DNA of 63,904 nt, the filler included, from Phoronis australis (lineage: Eukaryota; Animalia; Phoronida), in assembly GCA_002633005.1 (NCBI GenBank). It is 6 parts of 6 records of this genome, joined end to end, with 100 filler letters (N's around TTAATTAATTAA, not from the genome) between each part and the next. Parts side by side here need not be neighbours in the genome. Positions count along the whole stretch, not along the records: positions 1 to 29,758 come from NMRA01000980.1; 5 more parts are not named here. One strand, 5' to 3'. The position numbers were made by a program, and so were the translations under genes. The notes below the pieces were generated by a model. That model saw nothing but the letters and a program-made list of their open reading frames with translations. It was not told where the DNA came from and did no database searches. This document shows, one piece after another, positions 13,801-27,796 of this stretch; the first letter of the stretch is position 1; the number at the start of each line of letters is the position of its first letter.

Positions 13801-16800
13801 TTTTGCCTGTCCTACACAGGGTTTAAGAATTCTCAAATAACCAGGAGTTCAATAATCAACATCATAATTGACCTGCTAGGTGAATAATTTAAGTTTATCT
13901 TGAAGGTCACCAACTAGGAGATCTTTAGAAGTCTATCAGCTGATTAGATGATGACTCATGTAGACAATATTACCAACTCACAGTTACAGGGCACGCGAGT
14001 CTTACAAGGCAAGAGGTACTCTTGTTCCTACTATCAAACATAAAGGTGGCTTCCTGTTATTCCTTGTTATTGTATTCCGTTTGTCTCTTAAATTTTGCTC
14101 TTGTTCTGGATGTAACCAGTTGAGAGTGTAACAGCTTCTTAATGATCTAAGAATCCCATGAGCAGTAAAATATGATGATAGACTGTAGACTATGGTTTGA
14201 GACAGTGCTGCACATTTACTGCAGACATCACCAACACTATATCATATGCCGAGAGAACGTAATGGTCAAATTGAGGCTAATTTGCATATCAACATTCATA
14301 AGTAATTTAACACAACATCAGGAAAGAACAAGAAGTTTATGAACATCCATGTCATTTCAAGTGCACATAAACGTTAAAATTGCAAGTATTAGCTTCTAAA
14401 ACAGTTCAATGGGGAGTGACTTTCATGCCAGATTCTCACCACCGAAAAAAACCTGCAAACACTTAATTGAATGTCTTGCAAGCCGTGTTATTAAGTACCT
14501 AGCCCATACTAGTTAGCTCTGAATGTTATGTCAGTTTTTAGCTGCCTGCAACACAAAACCACAGCTTGCATGCATTGTGCATAATCCACTTCTAAGAATT
14601 ACCTGTGTTAAATGATAGCAACAATTCTTGAAACCTTAAATAACCATGTGTTATCTCATTGCAGATTTGAAGGAAAATCAATTTTAGGTACTAGCATGAA
14701 TGAGTTGATGTAAACTAGTGTTAACCCCACAGAACCACAACCTAACCAGCTGAGTCATAAGTGTTGAACTTCTGAAATGGATCACATGGGTTGGGTTCAG
14801 ACATTCTCAAGGGCACGTTACCCTCTAACCAAAAATGTCTGCTATCAGGGCACACATTAGGTCGTGCCAAGGGAAAAAAACATGAACACAAAGTCACTCC
14901 TCAAAATCCATTTTTAATTTATTGAGATTTACATCCTGTCACAGAACAGCAAAAACATAATGTGCTGTTATATATACTGTAGTGCAACCTGAATACTAAT
15001 ACATGTTTTGATGTGAGTTTTCATGAACACAGGGACCAACAACTGCATTGCTACCCTTTAGTTCACAACAGGAAGTAGGGTAGCTCTAACCAAATTAGAT
15101 GTGTGTGTTCCCACATGCCAAGTTCTGATAAGTATCACCAGGTAGTACACCCTTATACACCCAGATGGCAGCACTGATCACTGGTTTGGCATATCAGTTA
15201 CCACAACTTGGTGGCATCTCATGTACTACTATAAACTTAAGCTAGTAAGATTGATAACAGAAAAAAGATCGATGTCATTTGCAAAGTTGACATGTTTTGT
15301 TTGCTCAGTGCAAGTAGATTAAGAAATGGCTCTTGGGTCATTTGGTGGAAATCGACAGTTTATTATATTCAACACAGATCAAGCAGAAGACATCCTCGAT
15401 CACCTCAGTAATAAAAAATATTGTTAAACATGAAGATATATGTTGATAAAATAAAGTGCTTAGTACCTTTATCTATTTGCACACTTTAAATGTGCATGTT
15501 TTTTTTAACTTGCATGGTGCTGGTTTCATTAAATCTTGTAGATTTGTGGGACAGTTTGAGCATCAGTTATGATTCAAATGGCATGGCGGTTACAGCTGCT
15601 GACACAAAAGTATTATACTCTAGTTGCTGATTACAACTTTCACCTGATCAGACCTAACTTGATCACCAACTCTGGAGATACATCTCTGGTGCACTTTCAA
15701 GCACCTAAATTCTTAACAACATGATAAATCATTGTAAACCAGGTAGTTGTGGGATCTGAGTTGCCTTCAAGCCACCAAATACAATCCTGGGAGTGCACTT
15801 ACCAGACTGACAGTAAAGGTCACTGGTGATAATGGTAATTATGTCAGTTATTTATTGAGATAACACTGAACCATAACAACCAGGAAGTATGTGACTACAC
15901 TAGGCTAACTTTCACAGCATGTTACAATGTCAAACACACAATGCAGTCACAACCCATCTCAAAGATCACAGCCTACTCACCACAGTAGTAAAATCTGACA
16001 AATTTAGGAGACAATACAATATAAAAGATAAGTGGTACCAAAAAATTGTTTCACCACAGCTACCAACAGATGGCGCTTTGAGCACTTGTGAGCGTCCACA
16101 ACAGTTTGAAGCCTTTTGATAATTGAAGAAAGGTCAATTTTTGTAATAATTTTAAGCTGAAATTGGTGAGATTTTACTGTAGAAGTTCTTGATAGAGTTT
16201 CTGCTGATTCTTGCTCATGGTCCTAGCACACCATCATCCACTGAAACACATTCTGGTATATTGCACCCGTAACAACCACAAACCAACAAATCCACCTCCT
16301 GGTGTTGTTGAAATGTTACACAAAATCCAGTGCAATCCACTGGCAAGTGGCTATATACAAACATCACATGATGTTAAAAGCAATTGTCCAGCTTTCATTT
16401 AAGATGAGCAGACATTGGTTAATAGATAGTTAACATTGAAACTAAACAACAGGCAAGCTATTCTTGTTTCAATCAAATCTCAGCTGCAGGGAACCAGGGA
16501 GTTTCTACAGGTGAAAACAGTTGTTAAAAAGAATGCTATGGCAGAGTGAAAGAAAAGCAAAAAGCAGTCTATTTAGGACACAAAATACTAGGAAAAGTTT
16601 GACTTTGCATTTTCAAATATCCAAATATCTCTGCAACAATAAATGAGTAAAATCTCTAGTAGCTCAAATCAAAATCCCACTAATTAGCTTTACCCCCCAT
16701 CTTCTCCAAATGTAAAGTAAAGTTTATTACATTTGCAACTACTGAACCTGAACCCGAATGCACCCAATGACACACAAAGTGAAGAATTCTATATTTTCTA

Positions 16801-17277
16801 AACAGGTGAACAGCAGAACTTTAGCACACGCCTCCCACAAAGAAAAACGTTCAGTAATGTTTGCTAAAATAATCGTTGCAAACGCCATTCAACTCAATGC
16901 ACAAACTCGCTTCATTGCTTGCAGAACAAGTAAATTATTTATACAGGTTTACATAAGTTTTCCTGGAGAGGAAGTGTTCCTTGCATTTCAGGGTTTTCCA
17001 CGACTGACAAGAGGCGAGGCTCATGAGCCAAAATGGAGCAGAGGAGGAATCCGTTTCCAAATAAAGAAATTTGTGAACATGACTTACTTTTTAAGACTAT
17101 GTAGAATTGCCAGTAGAACATTACTGGTAAGTATGTATTTAGCCAAATGTCTACAAAACTAACTTAAACTCTGTATGTAAACTATATATATTTTCTCAAA
17201 GTAGAAAGCTTGCAGAATTTGATTTTTGACTTTTTACCCATCCACCATTAATATGATCACAAAACCATGTCTTCTAA

Positions 17278-18690
17278 AGGCCTTTCCCACTGGCTTTGAA
17301 ACTTCGATGTTGCCGAAGCTTCTGTGTTGCCGAAGCTTTTGTCAATGTAAACACTTCACTCTGGTCTTGAATCGAACAGTGCAAGTTAACTTTGAAGTAA
17401 AGAGGTGGATTTAACAGCGAAGCATCGACGCTTCGCTACACTTAACTTCGATACCATCAGTTATCGGCAGGGGCCACTGCCTGCATTTGCCAACAGCAGG
17501 TGGTGCCTCGCTACTATTTGTTAATATTTTGTTCTAATAATTACTATTTTGGTGGTATAAACATTCTGTTTCAATCTATCCACATATTTGCAGGATTCTT
17601 TACATTAAAAAAATCATTGAACGTGTAGTGTACGTAAAACAGTTCCCGCCACGCTATACCACCTTTGTTTGGATCATTTTGTAATACATGTCATCCTCCC
17701 AATGTGGCATCCGTTGGCTGCCTTATCAAGTTGACGCTCAAGTTTCCATCTGGGGAGAGGGAGACGTTCATGTCTTTTTTGACGGCAAGCACTGTTAAAA
17801 ACAGCGAGCCATATGACCAAAGGTCACATTAGCGCCACCTTGCGACAACTTTGCTGATCTATAACTCCAAAGCTGATGGAAACACTAATGTTTAACTTCG
17901 CCACTAACCACAGTTAACATGATTTTCTTTGTTAAATTTTGCTTGTAATAGCCAAACAGTGCATTTACAGGGAGAGATATACAAAAATATACCTAATTTT
18001 GACAGGTNGTAAACCAGTTCCCGCCACGCTATAGCACCTTTGTTTGGATCATTTTGTAATACATGTCATCCTTCCAACGTAGCGTCCGTTGGCTGCCTTA
18101 TGAAGTTGACGCTCAAGTTTCCACCTGGGGAGAGGGAGACGTTCTTGTCTTTTTTGATGGCAAGCACTGTTAAAAACAGCGAGCCATATGACCAAAGGTC
18201 ACATTAGCGCCACCTTGCGACAACTTTGCTGATCTATAACTCCAAAGCTGATGGAAACACTAATGTTTAACTTCGCCACTAACCACAGTTAACATGATTT
18301 TCTTTGTTAAATTTTGCTTGTAATAGCCAAACAGTGCATTTACAGGGAGAGATATACAAAAATATACCTAATTTTGACAGGTTTATTACATATACTTATG
18401 AGTACTACAATGCTGAAAAATTAATTGCATACAAAAACTTTGTATATGACAGCTTCTCTGCGAAACGGGAAAATTTCGTTGCTCACGTTAACTACATGTA
18501 GAAGTTATTTACTTTAAACGAGATACGAGAATGGTCTTTCCTGAGGTGTGCATGCGTGAATGAATGGATGTACTTATTTGTTTGTTCGTTTTTGTACTGT
18601 TTTATAAATGATAATAAATTCTTTAAAAAAAAAACACTGTTAACATCGAAGCGTCGGTAGTTGGGAAGTTATCTGAATGGGAAAGGGCCT
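17278..18690. mobile_element. Non-autonomous DNA transposon, PIF/Harbinger-like
   Basis: Imperfect TIRs AGGCCTTTCCCA ... TGGGAAAGGGCCT, with subterminal CTTCGATGTT/AACATCGAAG motifs at both ends. The TSD is not clean. Confidence 0.5.
17634..18382. repeat. ~375-bp direct duplication around a single N (18008), probably uncollapsed alleles
   Basis: 17634-18007 and 18009-18382 are near-identical, with a few substitutions. Confidence 0.85.
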
Positions 18691-19056
18691 TCTGTAAAAC
18701 TTAGCACAAAACAAAGGTATGGTAAAACAATGGTATCAATAACATGACCAATTTCATTTGATTGAAATGTTCAAGATGAAATCTCACGAACACAGATAGT
18801 TTTCTGTCCTTTTCTTTTTCATTTTAAGTAACTTATGATTCTTTCATTCAAATCATAGTCCTATATTTTGATAGCCCCTCGTTGCCCTCACGCAAAGTGG
18901 AAAGCTTTAAAAACAATTCCTAAAAGACGTTTGGAGAACGGTAAATGAAGTATAGTTTTTGAAAGTTTCATACCAGTTTGATTAGTTATTTTTGAGATAC
19001 AATATCCCAAAGTTAGTCAAATTTATATTTTTTTCTGTGGCTCTACATAACCTCAG

Positions 19057-19230
19057 ATTGTTACTTGGTTTCAGAATTTCTGATATTGAGCTCACGAATA
19101 AGATTTTCACCCATCTGCTTCCTTGAAATGGCTTAGTTAGCACCTATTAACTAAGCCATTTCAAGGAAGCAGATGGGTGAAAATCTTATTCGGGAGCTCA
19201 ATATCAGAAATTCTGAAACCAAGTAACAAT
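19057..19230. repeat. Near-perfect inverted repeat (hairpin): 83-bp arms, 8-nt loop
   Basis: 19057-19139 is the reverse complement of 19148-19230 with one mismatch. Loop is GCACCTAT. Confidence 0.95.
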
Positions 19231-21392
19231 ACGCTATGCTATAGAAACCAAACAGCCACAATTTTCCTACTTCAACTCAATTTCAAAATGGCATCAGCTT
19301 TTTAGAATGTCTCAAAAACTGGGTCACTTGATCCAAATATGTCACTGCTTTATAACAGAAGTAGTGTAAATACAGGTAGCTACTAAGCATTAGTACTGCA
19401 GTTTGTATGTGTATACTCTCAAACCCACATAGATCCCACCATCAGTTGAGAACAAGATCATAACACTAACAGTTCAGCAAAAGTCATCTAACAGACTGGG
19501 GTCTGTTTACATAAATAATAAACAGTTAACAGGCCAACAATGTGACCATCTGTTGACCCATTCACATGTGTGAGGAATGACACTCATGCACACACTTGCA
19601 GTTTATTGATAACTCTGAAAAGAGTTTGAAGTGGGCCAGTCATTGTTTCAGTGTATATAGTTTGAAAGACATTTCTTATTTGGGGCATACCCTAATTCAA
19701 AAATCTAATTAGCTGCTTAGGTCAAAGTTGACAAACCCCAGCATCCATTTACTCCAATACATTTCTGACATCATCAGTGGACAAATATCAGGTGTCTTGC
19801 AGGAACAGTTGAGCAATGTATGAAAACAGGCAGAGAATGAAGGACACCTGAACACTTAGGTACGACGACAAGACAATCCAAAACTATGTGTTGCTCTGGT
19901 ACTTGCTTAGAAGAGTGACTTTCACAACCAGTTACCCTACTAAACAGTCTTTTCTGACAAAATTTCTCCAAAATCTCACCATTTCCAATTCCTAAAGACA
20001 GGGTTCACTTTGGGAATAAAAAGGTACCTGCACAAATCTACAGAAGGGTTTAAATTGGTTGCAAAAGATGTACTTAATTCAATTTCAGGCATGATAGGTT
20101 AAAAAAATCAGTTGAAGTTCCAAGAATTCCTGCGAAAAGGTTAGGTTTATCGAGTTCACACACAAAAGGAACAAAATCGTACAAAAGGATGTCTAAACAG
20201 TCCGGGATTCCAAATTTCTTAGGGCATCCATGACCAATGATGCATGACTGCATTTTATGAATCCAAGTAAACAAGAGCAACACTGAGCGTTGAAATGCGC
20301 CCACAAATGCATTGCAAATGATGTGTTTTTACGGTTATTTATTTGTATCATAAAAATGGCCACTAGATGGCGCAAAAACATACAATCGATTCAAAAACAG
20401 GAACATGCCATATTTCATAAAAATCTGTCAAGGAACTTCAGAGAAACAAAGGAAAACAGAATAAAATGAAATTGCCACTAGTGGGCACAGTGTCCGTTGG
20501 ATCCGCTTGAAAGTTGTCGTCGTCTGTTGTTATCTTCATATAAATACACTTACTAAATTTAGTAAAGATTCTGCAGTGGGTTTAAGACATACAACTATGG
20601 GCGCAAAACAAAACTACCACGAGGAGGCGCCACAGTAGTCAGTCACCATCATCAGAGGTCATCTTCACACTGAGAACATATATGCCAATTTTCAAATGAT
20701 TTGGTTGACACAGGGGTGGACACCAAAAACAAGACTTGAAAACAGCAAAAAATGGCCACTAGGTAGTGCAAAATACCTCCATTCCATCCAAAAACAGGAA
20801 GATAGCGTCATCACACCAATAGATGCCTATATTTAAAATTTTATGAAAATCTGTTGAGGACCTTTGAAGATACTGAGTTAAACAAAAAAAAATTAAAATT
20901 GCCAATAGGGAACACAGCAGTAGTCAAAACCAGGCTTGTTCAAAGCACGAGCTCAACAATCAGATATTACTATTATGCATAGGGGTGCTCCAATGGCTGC
21001 CAAAATAGTGAAGCAAACACACATCATGAAAAAATCACCAGGCAAATCAAAAGTTCAAAGAATAAGTTTTCGACCGCGTGGATGTGCACAGAATGTTTGA
21101 CTTGCGCTTAATGACAAGTTGATTTCTTGCGCTGTTGCTTTTGGTTGGGCGCTTCAATTTTGAGATTTTATCTGGTCAGTCTTTTACCCACAATGGCGCT
21201 GTAGCTGTAGCCTATATTACTACTTTGCATGTAGCTTTGCGCCAAGGCAACATCTTGCGTTGCTGGGAATTCATCTACTTCAAAAGTTTCTTAGTAGGAA
21301 TTTATTTCCTAAAAACGATACTAGCCCTAATAGATGGTGACATCAACGCACGAAACAATGATTTTTATTTACATTGGCAGCAAGTGACGCAA

Positions 21393-21481
21393 ACGGCTGG
21401 GCGACTGAACTTCGAGCTGGGCGAGTAGATTTTCTGGCTCACTCGCCCAGCTGGCGAGCGGGGTTTTGAAACCTAGGTATA
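21393..21481. repeat. Dispersed repeat fragment shared with 41318-41382
   Basis: GATTTTCTGGCTCA...GCCCAGCTGGCGAG(C/T)GGGGTTTTGA...AGGTATA occurs in two different contigs. Confidence 0.7.
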
Positions 21482-22898
21482 CCCCTGGTAGCCTAAACCT
21501 GAAAGTCACTACAGATGGCGTTCAATACTGCCAAATTTTAGGTGCCAGTTGCAACATCTACTTCAACTTCCAATCTGGTTGACATGATAATTTAGACAAA
21601 TATTTTGTTAGTTTGCAGACAGATACAAATTAGGTAAAAACAGATTTTGCTGTTTTCACTAGGTCTTGGAAGTTTGTCCTGAAATGTTGTTGTAATCTTT
21701 CACGACACTGAAAATTAGCCAGACAAAATTTACCTTTGGCCCAAATTGATCAGAAAAACAAACTTTCAAAGAGAGTGGTTCTTTGCCTTATATGGTCAAG
21801 TTCGCAAAGGGTGCCAATTGACCTTACGCCAATTCTTTCAACACTATTATTCCCAGAAATGAATCAGTCAAATGTCTGGACTAAAGAAAAATGTATCGTA
21901 CATTCTGAAAATAAATCCGACCCAGTCTGATGGCCAACGCTTAACAAAATTTGTGTAAAAAAATCCAACATCTAAAGGCCTTCTACATTCAGGAAACTTT
22001 TGGTCAGTTTTGTAGACAGTTGGGTATATATACAGACTTGACAATGAATTAAAAGGGGCTTCTCGCGGTGACGTAGACAAAAGCAAGCCAATACACCTAA
22101 CAGTTTGTTACATTTGGCAATTTATGTCATTAATGGGCACAGTGTAATGATCTTAACATACTGTAAGAACCAATTTTGCATGTGTTACCATTGAAATAAA
22201 AGTTGTCACTTTAAACCTGTATTTGCAGGTCTATAACTAATCTCTTAGTAATGTGCCTTTTTGCATTGGGTGACTGGGATACAAGGCAATGGAGGAGCAA
22301 TTATTTCTCATTGAAGGTTATGTAGGATCTTATGAGATCCTACATTAGTCAAAACCAATATCTTTGCTGATTTCAATCTTACCCATCAGTGCCTCTATTG
22401 TAATTACCAGTAGTCTGGTTCATGTAGTAGGGGTGCCAAGTAGTGAACAGATGTATCCCACTGAATGACTTATTTTTGCAGAATATAATTGTAATCACCC
22501 CTGCACTTGTAATAAATTGAACTAGATTTTGTTCTCAATTGCAAAGCATGATTGCTAACAAGGCAAATTCCTTTGTGAAATGGCAATTTTTCTTTACTTT
22601 ATAAAATCTTCATCAAGGGTGATGTTCTAGTTGAGTTGAAGTGATTCTACTGTTGAGGGGAATGTGTCATCGTTTGACCGGAATTTCAGGTTCTGAGGAG
22701 AACAATTTTGTGTGATCATTAAATTTTTTTGAGAGGAAAGAGGCCAATAATCCTCCCCAATCTCAAGGTAGTGAGGTCCTTACACTTTCTATATCAAGGC
22801 AAAATGAGAGTCCATGGTCATCTTAGATTCCACCATTTGCTACCATAAAAAACAAAAAGATATGTGATTGCCATATGACGCAATGACCCTTGTTCAAT

Positions 22899-23120
22899 CA
22901 AGGCCTACGATATGCCAACTTTTTCTACCACTGGCAGTGAATAATGTCACAAGGCCTACGGACGGTACTCTAACTCTTTTGACCACTGGCAGTGAATAAT
23001 GTCACAAGGCCTACGGACAGTACTCTAACTCTTTTGACCACTGGCAGTGAATAATGTCACAAGGACTACGGACGACGGTACTCTAACTCTTTTGACCACT
23101 GGCAGTGAATAATGTCACAA
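22899..23120. repeat. 55-bp tandem repeat, 4 copies
   Basis: CTGGCAGTGAATAATGTCACAA recurs at 22931, 22986, 23041 and 23099. Confidence 0.9.
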
Positions 23121-23273
23121 AGCTGCCTTGAATTTGTTATCACTTCCAGCTTTAAGTGCCTTTAAGTGCCCATAAAACCATTGTCTTGATCTAGTCATAT
23201 AGAAATTTTGCATTCGTATCAAAGGTTTACTATTTAAGCATTTGCAACTAACATTTTTTTACCTTTACCAGGA

Positions 23274-23367
23274 AGCCAGGTGTTTATTTAATTTGCTATA
23301 TTCCACAGAGCCAGCCCCAGCCAGGTGTTTATTTAATTTGCTATATTCCACAGACCCAGCCCCAGCC
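23274..23367. repeat. ~45-bp tandem duplication
   Basis: AGCCAGGTGTTTATTTAATTTGCTATATTCCACAGA(G/C)CCAGCCCC occurs twice in tandem. Confidence 0.85.
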
Positions 23368-23900
23368 TGAGACCACTGTTATTCAGATAGTGTATTATTA
23401 CTAAGGCAAAGACTATGATGACAAAGAGACCAGACATTTATTTTAATTTCAGAAAACATTAACTATGCCATGGCATCTATTGTGAAAATACTAGTAGCAG
23501 TTTTATGATCTTCAAATATCCTGCTTGCTTTCAATAACACTGAACCGGGAACTTGGCATTCATGATAGACATTACACTACGTTGGTATATACATCCGAAT
23601 ACGTCACTAATGTCATAAACGTTCACCAATTTTGTTACAAAAGTTATTAAATGAGACCACAAAATAATCAAGACACAGATTTGAATTTAAAACTTTAGCT
23701 GACTCCCTGTGACGATATGATAATCATTCACAGCGTCATGAACTAACCTTTCTGCATAATACTTTAATAGTTTGTCCAATGAAATTTTTATACAACTGCA
23801 ACTTTCATGAATGTTTTTGGGAGACAAATTTTTTCTAAACCAAACTTCAGTTTCGCTTAATGAACTTCACTGCATCCACTTATGTGACATTTCTGCAACA

Positions 23901-24288
23901 TTTGTAAGTGGCACATTCACTTCCGATACACTTTGTAAAGTGGCACATTCATTACTGATACACTTTGTAAGGTGGCACATTCACTTCTGATACACTCTGT
24001 AAAGTGGCACATTCACTACTGATACACTTTGTCAAGTGGCACATTCATTACTGATACACTTTGTAAAGTGGCACATTCACTACTGCTACACTCTGTATTT
24101 AGTGGCACATTCACTTCTGATACACTCTGTAAAGTGGCACATTCACTACTGGTACACTTTGTAAAGTGGCACATTCACTACTGGTACACTTTGTAAAGTG
24201 GCATATTCACTACTGGTACACTTTGTAAAGTGGCACATTCACTTCTGGTACACTTTGTAAAGTGGCACATGCACTACTGATACACTTT
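23901..24288. repeat. 32-bp minisatellite (GTGGCACATTCACTACTGATACACTTTGTAAA)n, about 12 copies
   Basis: Contiguous tandem units with no unique spacers. Confidence 0.95.
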
Positions 24289-26160
24289 AGCACAGGTGGA
24301 TCCAGGGGTGTCAAAGCAAGGTTTTATCCAGGATTTCGACCCCCATCACCGTTCACCAGCAATTGCCCCCCCCAACTTTACAAAGAAAAATGCGTAGACT
24401 AAGGCTTTCACATCTAAGTTTACAAAAACAGCCCCCTGTAATGAGCTTTTTGTGTGGACCAAGACTTTTACATCTTAATTTACGAAAACAGCCAAGTAGC
24501 TTACCAAACAAATATTAGAGATATTGGTTGAATGATGATTGCACTATGTTTTTGTTGATCTAGAGTCAAACTGATGTTATAAAGTTTATCATATCACCTT
24601 AACTTATTTTCATGTACTGTAAAATGAGTCATCAGAGCTGGGCAAGAAAAATGCATATACGTGTGGTTTATATTTTGGCTATAGGTGTCACTGCTGTTAC
24701 ATGTTAAAATCTTAAAGCGCACATTGAAAAGCATGAAACAGGGGCAAACTAAAAAACTGTAAAAGGGCATATCCTCATTGCACAATATAGTATTACAATA
24801 ATGACATTTATTTCACTTTTGGTGTTTTATAAAAAAGATGAAAATCATGAAATTACAGCTCTGAAACACCAGTTTGGAGTTACACTAAGGGATGACCCAT
24901 ATATAAAGTAATGAACAATGCACCAATGGGAGATACTGACACTCAAACATGTGCAAATGCTTGAAAGGTTTTGGATACTCAACCTAGTTTGAACATGGCA
25001 TTATTGTATGTATATTGTATATATGTTGTATATTTCTTCCAGTGTTCTCCACCACCACTTCGCAGCGTTCTGTTTGGCCGAGCGCGCGTCCTGTTTAAAT
25101 GTCCCGCGTCCTGTTTAAAAATCCAGCGTCCTGTTTAAAATCCCGCGACCAGTTTAAAAATATAGGGACTACTTTGTAAAAAAGGCGTCATCGTCGTTAA
25201 TAAGTTCTTCACTGGTTCAAATTACGTTCGACAGCAACTGGCCATAGCCCATTGAAACTGAATAAAGGCTAAGGAAGTGATCAGTTGTGGACAGCCTAAT
25301 CACTGGTCTCACTCAAAGGGCAGACCTGGCCACTAATCTATTTATGGTGTAACACCCATGTAAATAATCTCAATTATCTTTTCAATTCATCTGGAACAAC
25401 TAGTCAATTTAAAAAAGGCCCAGTGCTACCTATTCGCCTAATCCACTACCTGCTCATTGGAGGTACAGTCCGGCACGAAAGTCGCTGATCATTGCGTTAG
25501 GCCTATTCGCTTTTGTAGTCACCTTTTCGTGTTTGGCGGACAACTGATCATATTTAATTACCCATTGAAATTAACTAAGGCTCGGTGGTTAATTCTGGGA
25601 AGTATATGTTGTCAAAGACACTGTTGCGCAGCAGTTTATGCAACGGCCGTCTTCTAGGAGGCCTGAACTTTGGTTTTAGTAGCACATTTTTCAATATTCC
25701 GTGAGCACCACAACACAGACTTTACTGATAACACTTTCAAAAACATTTGCAAGAAACTGCTTTTGATGGCTCTCATTGGTTGTTGTTTGTGTATTTCTCA
25801 CTTAGATGAATATTATTGGTTACTTCTGGTGCCACCGGCCCATTAAGATTGACAGAGTTCATCTCGTTGCCTTATAAGGAGCTTCGATGGCAGCATGAAC
25901 ATTATATCTGTGGTGCATACTCCCTCTAAAAATCTGCCAAACCGTTCGCAAACTCAACTTCGATAGTGGCCCTGCGTGTCGTTTGAGGTTTCGGGGGAGT
26001 ATTCAGAGATTTGGGACAGCAGGTGACGTCACTGACTAAAGTTCAAAATATATGTGTCTCGCTGAGAAATTGCAGCCAAAATTCTGTGCTCTTATTGAAA
26101 TCAAGCAGTAATATCTCGTGTAATCTCGCTGAGTCTTGTTTACCTAGCTTGGTCCTTACG

Positions 26161-27796
26161 CAGGGCTCAACATTAACTTTTTAGGCCCGAAGGGCAAGTA
26201 GTTGAAATTTTTACTTACTCGAACAACAAATTCACTTGCCCCAAGTACAATCCCAAATAGCACCGTGCATGTGCACACCTAGGTAATGTGTTACCGTAGG
26301 GCTGCCTGTGCTGAGCCTCCTCTTGTGTCGTGCTTGCTGAATACATGAGTTGCTAGTGGCGGATTTAGGGGGGCCATGGCTCCCCCTAAAATTCTACCAG
26401 ATACCATTTGGGAGTTCGGGTGCGCGCAAGCAGGGGCTCATCGGGGGTGATATACAACGCATAGGCCCTGAACAAACTGAACAAACCCCATTTACCTTTT
26501 TCTTGTTAGTCAACAGGTCCTCATTCGAGGCCTCTGCGTCCCCACAATTTAGCCCGGGCGCGCGTATCTGCCGAAATTCTGGTTATTCCGTGCCCTGGCC
26601 CCCTTAACTCAAAATCCAAGATCCGCCGTTAGTTGCTACTTTTTCAACGATTCTTCATATAGAACATTTATTTATAAGGTGTGTCAAAACACTAGAGAGA
26701 CAAATTAGAAGAGGTATCTGAACCATTGTCTCACGTTCACAGGCGCCGAAATGAGTTAGGACATGAACTCTAGACACTTCTGTGTATTCATTAGTTTATA
26801 GGCCTACGCCCTCATGCATTAAACTTGGGTTGTTGCTAAACCTGAATTTGAATTTTTGCTATCCGTAAAAATCTTAGTTTTGGTCATCGGTACCTTGTAT
26901 TAAATTTAAATCAAATTTTAACATATAACAATACCACATATACTTTTATTTTCAATAAATAATTACATTTTTGAAAAATAGATAGACTGCGAAAAAGTCA
27001 CCCTTCAGAGCAACAATCCTGAAGACCGTATTCCTCTTCTTTCGGGAGTCGCCACCGGGAGCCGGGAATTCATAAGAATTTCCTTTGGAATTCCCCCTGA
27101 ATAAATACCAGGCCTTTAAAACTGCGGTGTAGTGTAGAAAATATGTGGTCAATCATTCACCTTTTAGCTTTTACGCTTATCTGTATGACTTAATCCGCCG
27201 ACGAACGCGGCACTTCCAGCTGTACATGGGTTAACGCCGGCAAAAATTACACGTCATCCCTTGTTCACTGTCTCGCAGGCCAAGAAACCTAATTTCCCAT
27301 GACGGAACCCATCCCCACACTCTTTTCGTTTCATATTGTTGCTTTGATTCGTCCTGAACTCGTTTTTTAGCAACTAAACCAATGCCGTCCAGGCGTGGAT
27401 GGCTTCCTTGTTTGGATGTTTTGCCAGAGCGCAGACGATCAGTAGTATCACGTCACAACTTATTCAGAAACTGCAGGGCACGTTCAGAGAATCGAAAGGA
27501 GTTTTCCGCGGGCGTCATCTGTGCACGGTGCATCACACTCGTTCTATTTTCCTTTCGGTGCTCATTCGAAGACGGGAGTTTCTTTGACCGCCACAGGGGC
27601 TTTTTCGACGGTTTTTAGGCTTGTGTCGGTGTTCGTTACTTTGGAGCAAATGTCGAGCAGACAATCTTAGGATCTACTTGCATATGCGGCCAACTTTTTA
27701 ACTTGCCCATCGGGCAAGAACTTTTCAAATTCCACTTGCCCGACGCAAAATCTACATGTACACGGGCAATCGGGCACCCGTTAGTGTTGAGCCCTG
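26161..27796. mobile_element. hAT-like non-autonomous transposon with 5-bp TSD
   Basis: TIRs CAGGGCTCAACATTAAC / GTTAGTGTTGAGCCCTG (16/17 match). Perfect TSD TTACG at 26156-26160 and 27797-27801. Confidence 0.85.
26355..26630. mobile_element. MITE nested inside 26161-27796
   Basis: Ends AGTGGCGGAT ... ATCCGCCGTT. Direct flanking repeat AGTTGCT at 26348-26354 and 26631-26637. Confidence 0.7.

Noticed and set aside
23901-24288. 32-bp repeats of CRISPR-like length (also 29504-29758)
   Set aside because: Units are contiguous with no unique spacers, there are no cas genes, and the context is eukaryotic. These are minisatellites.
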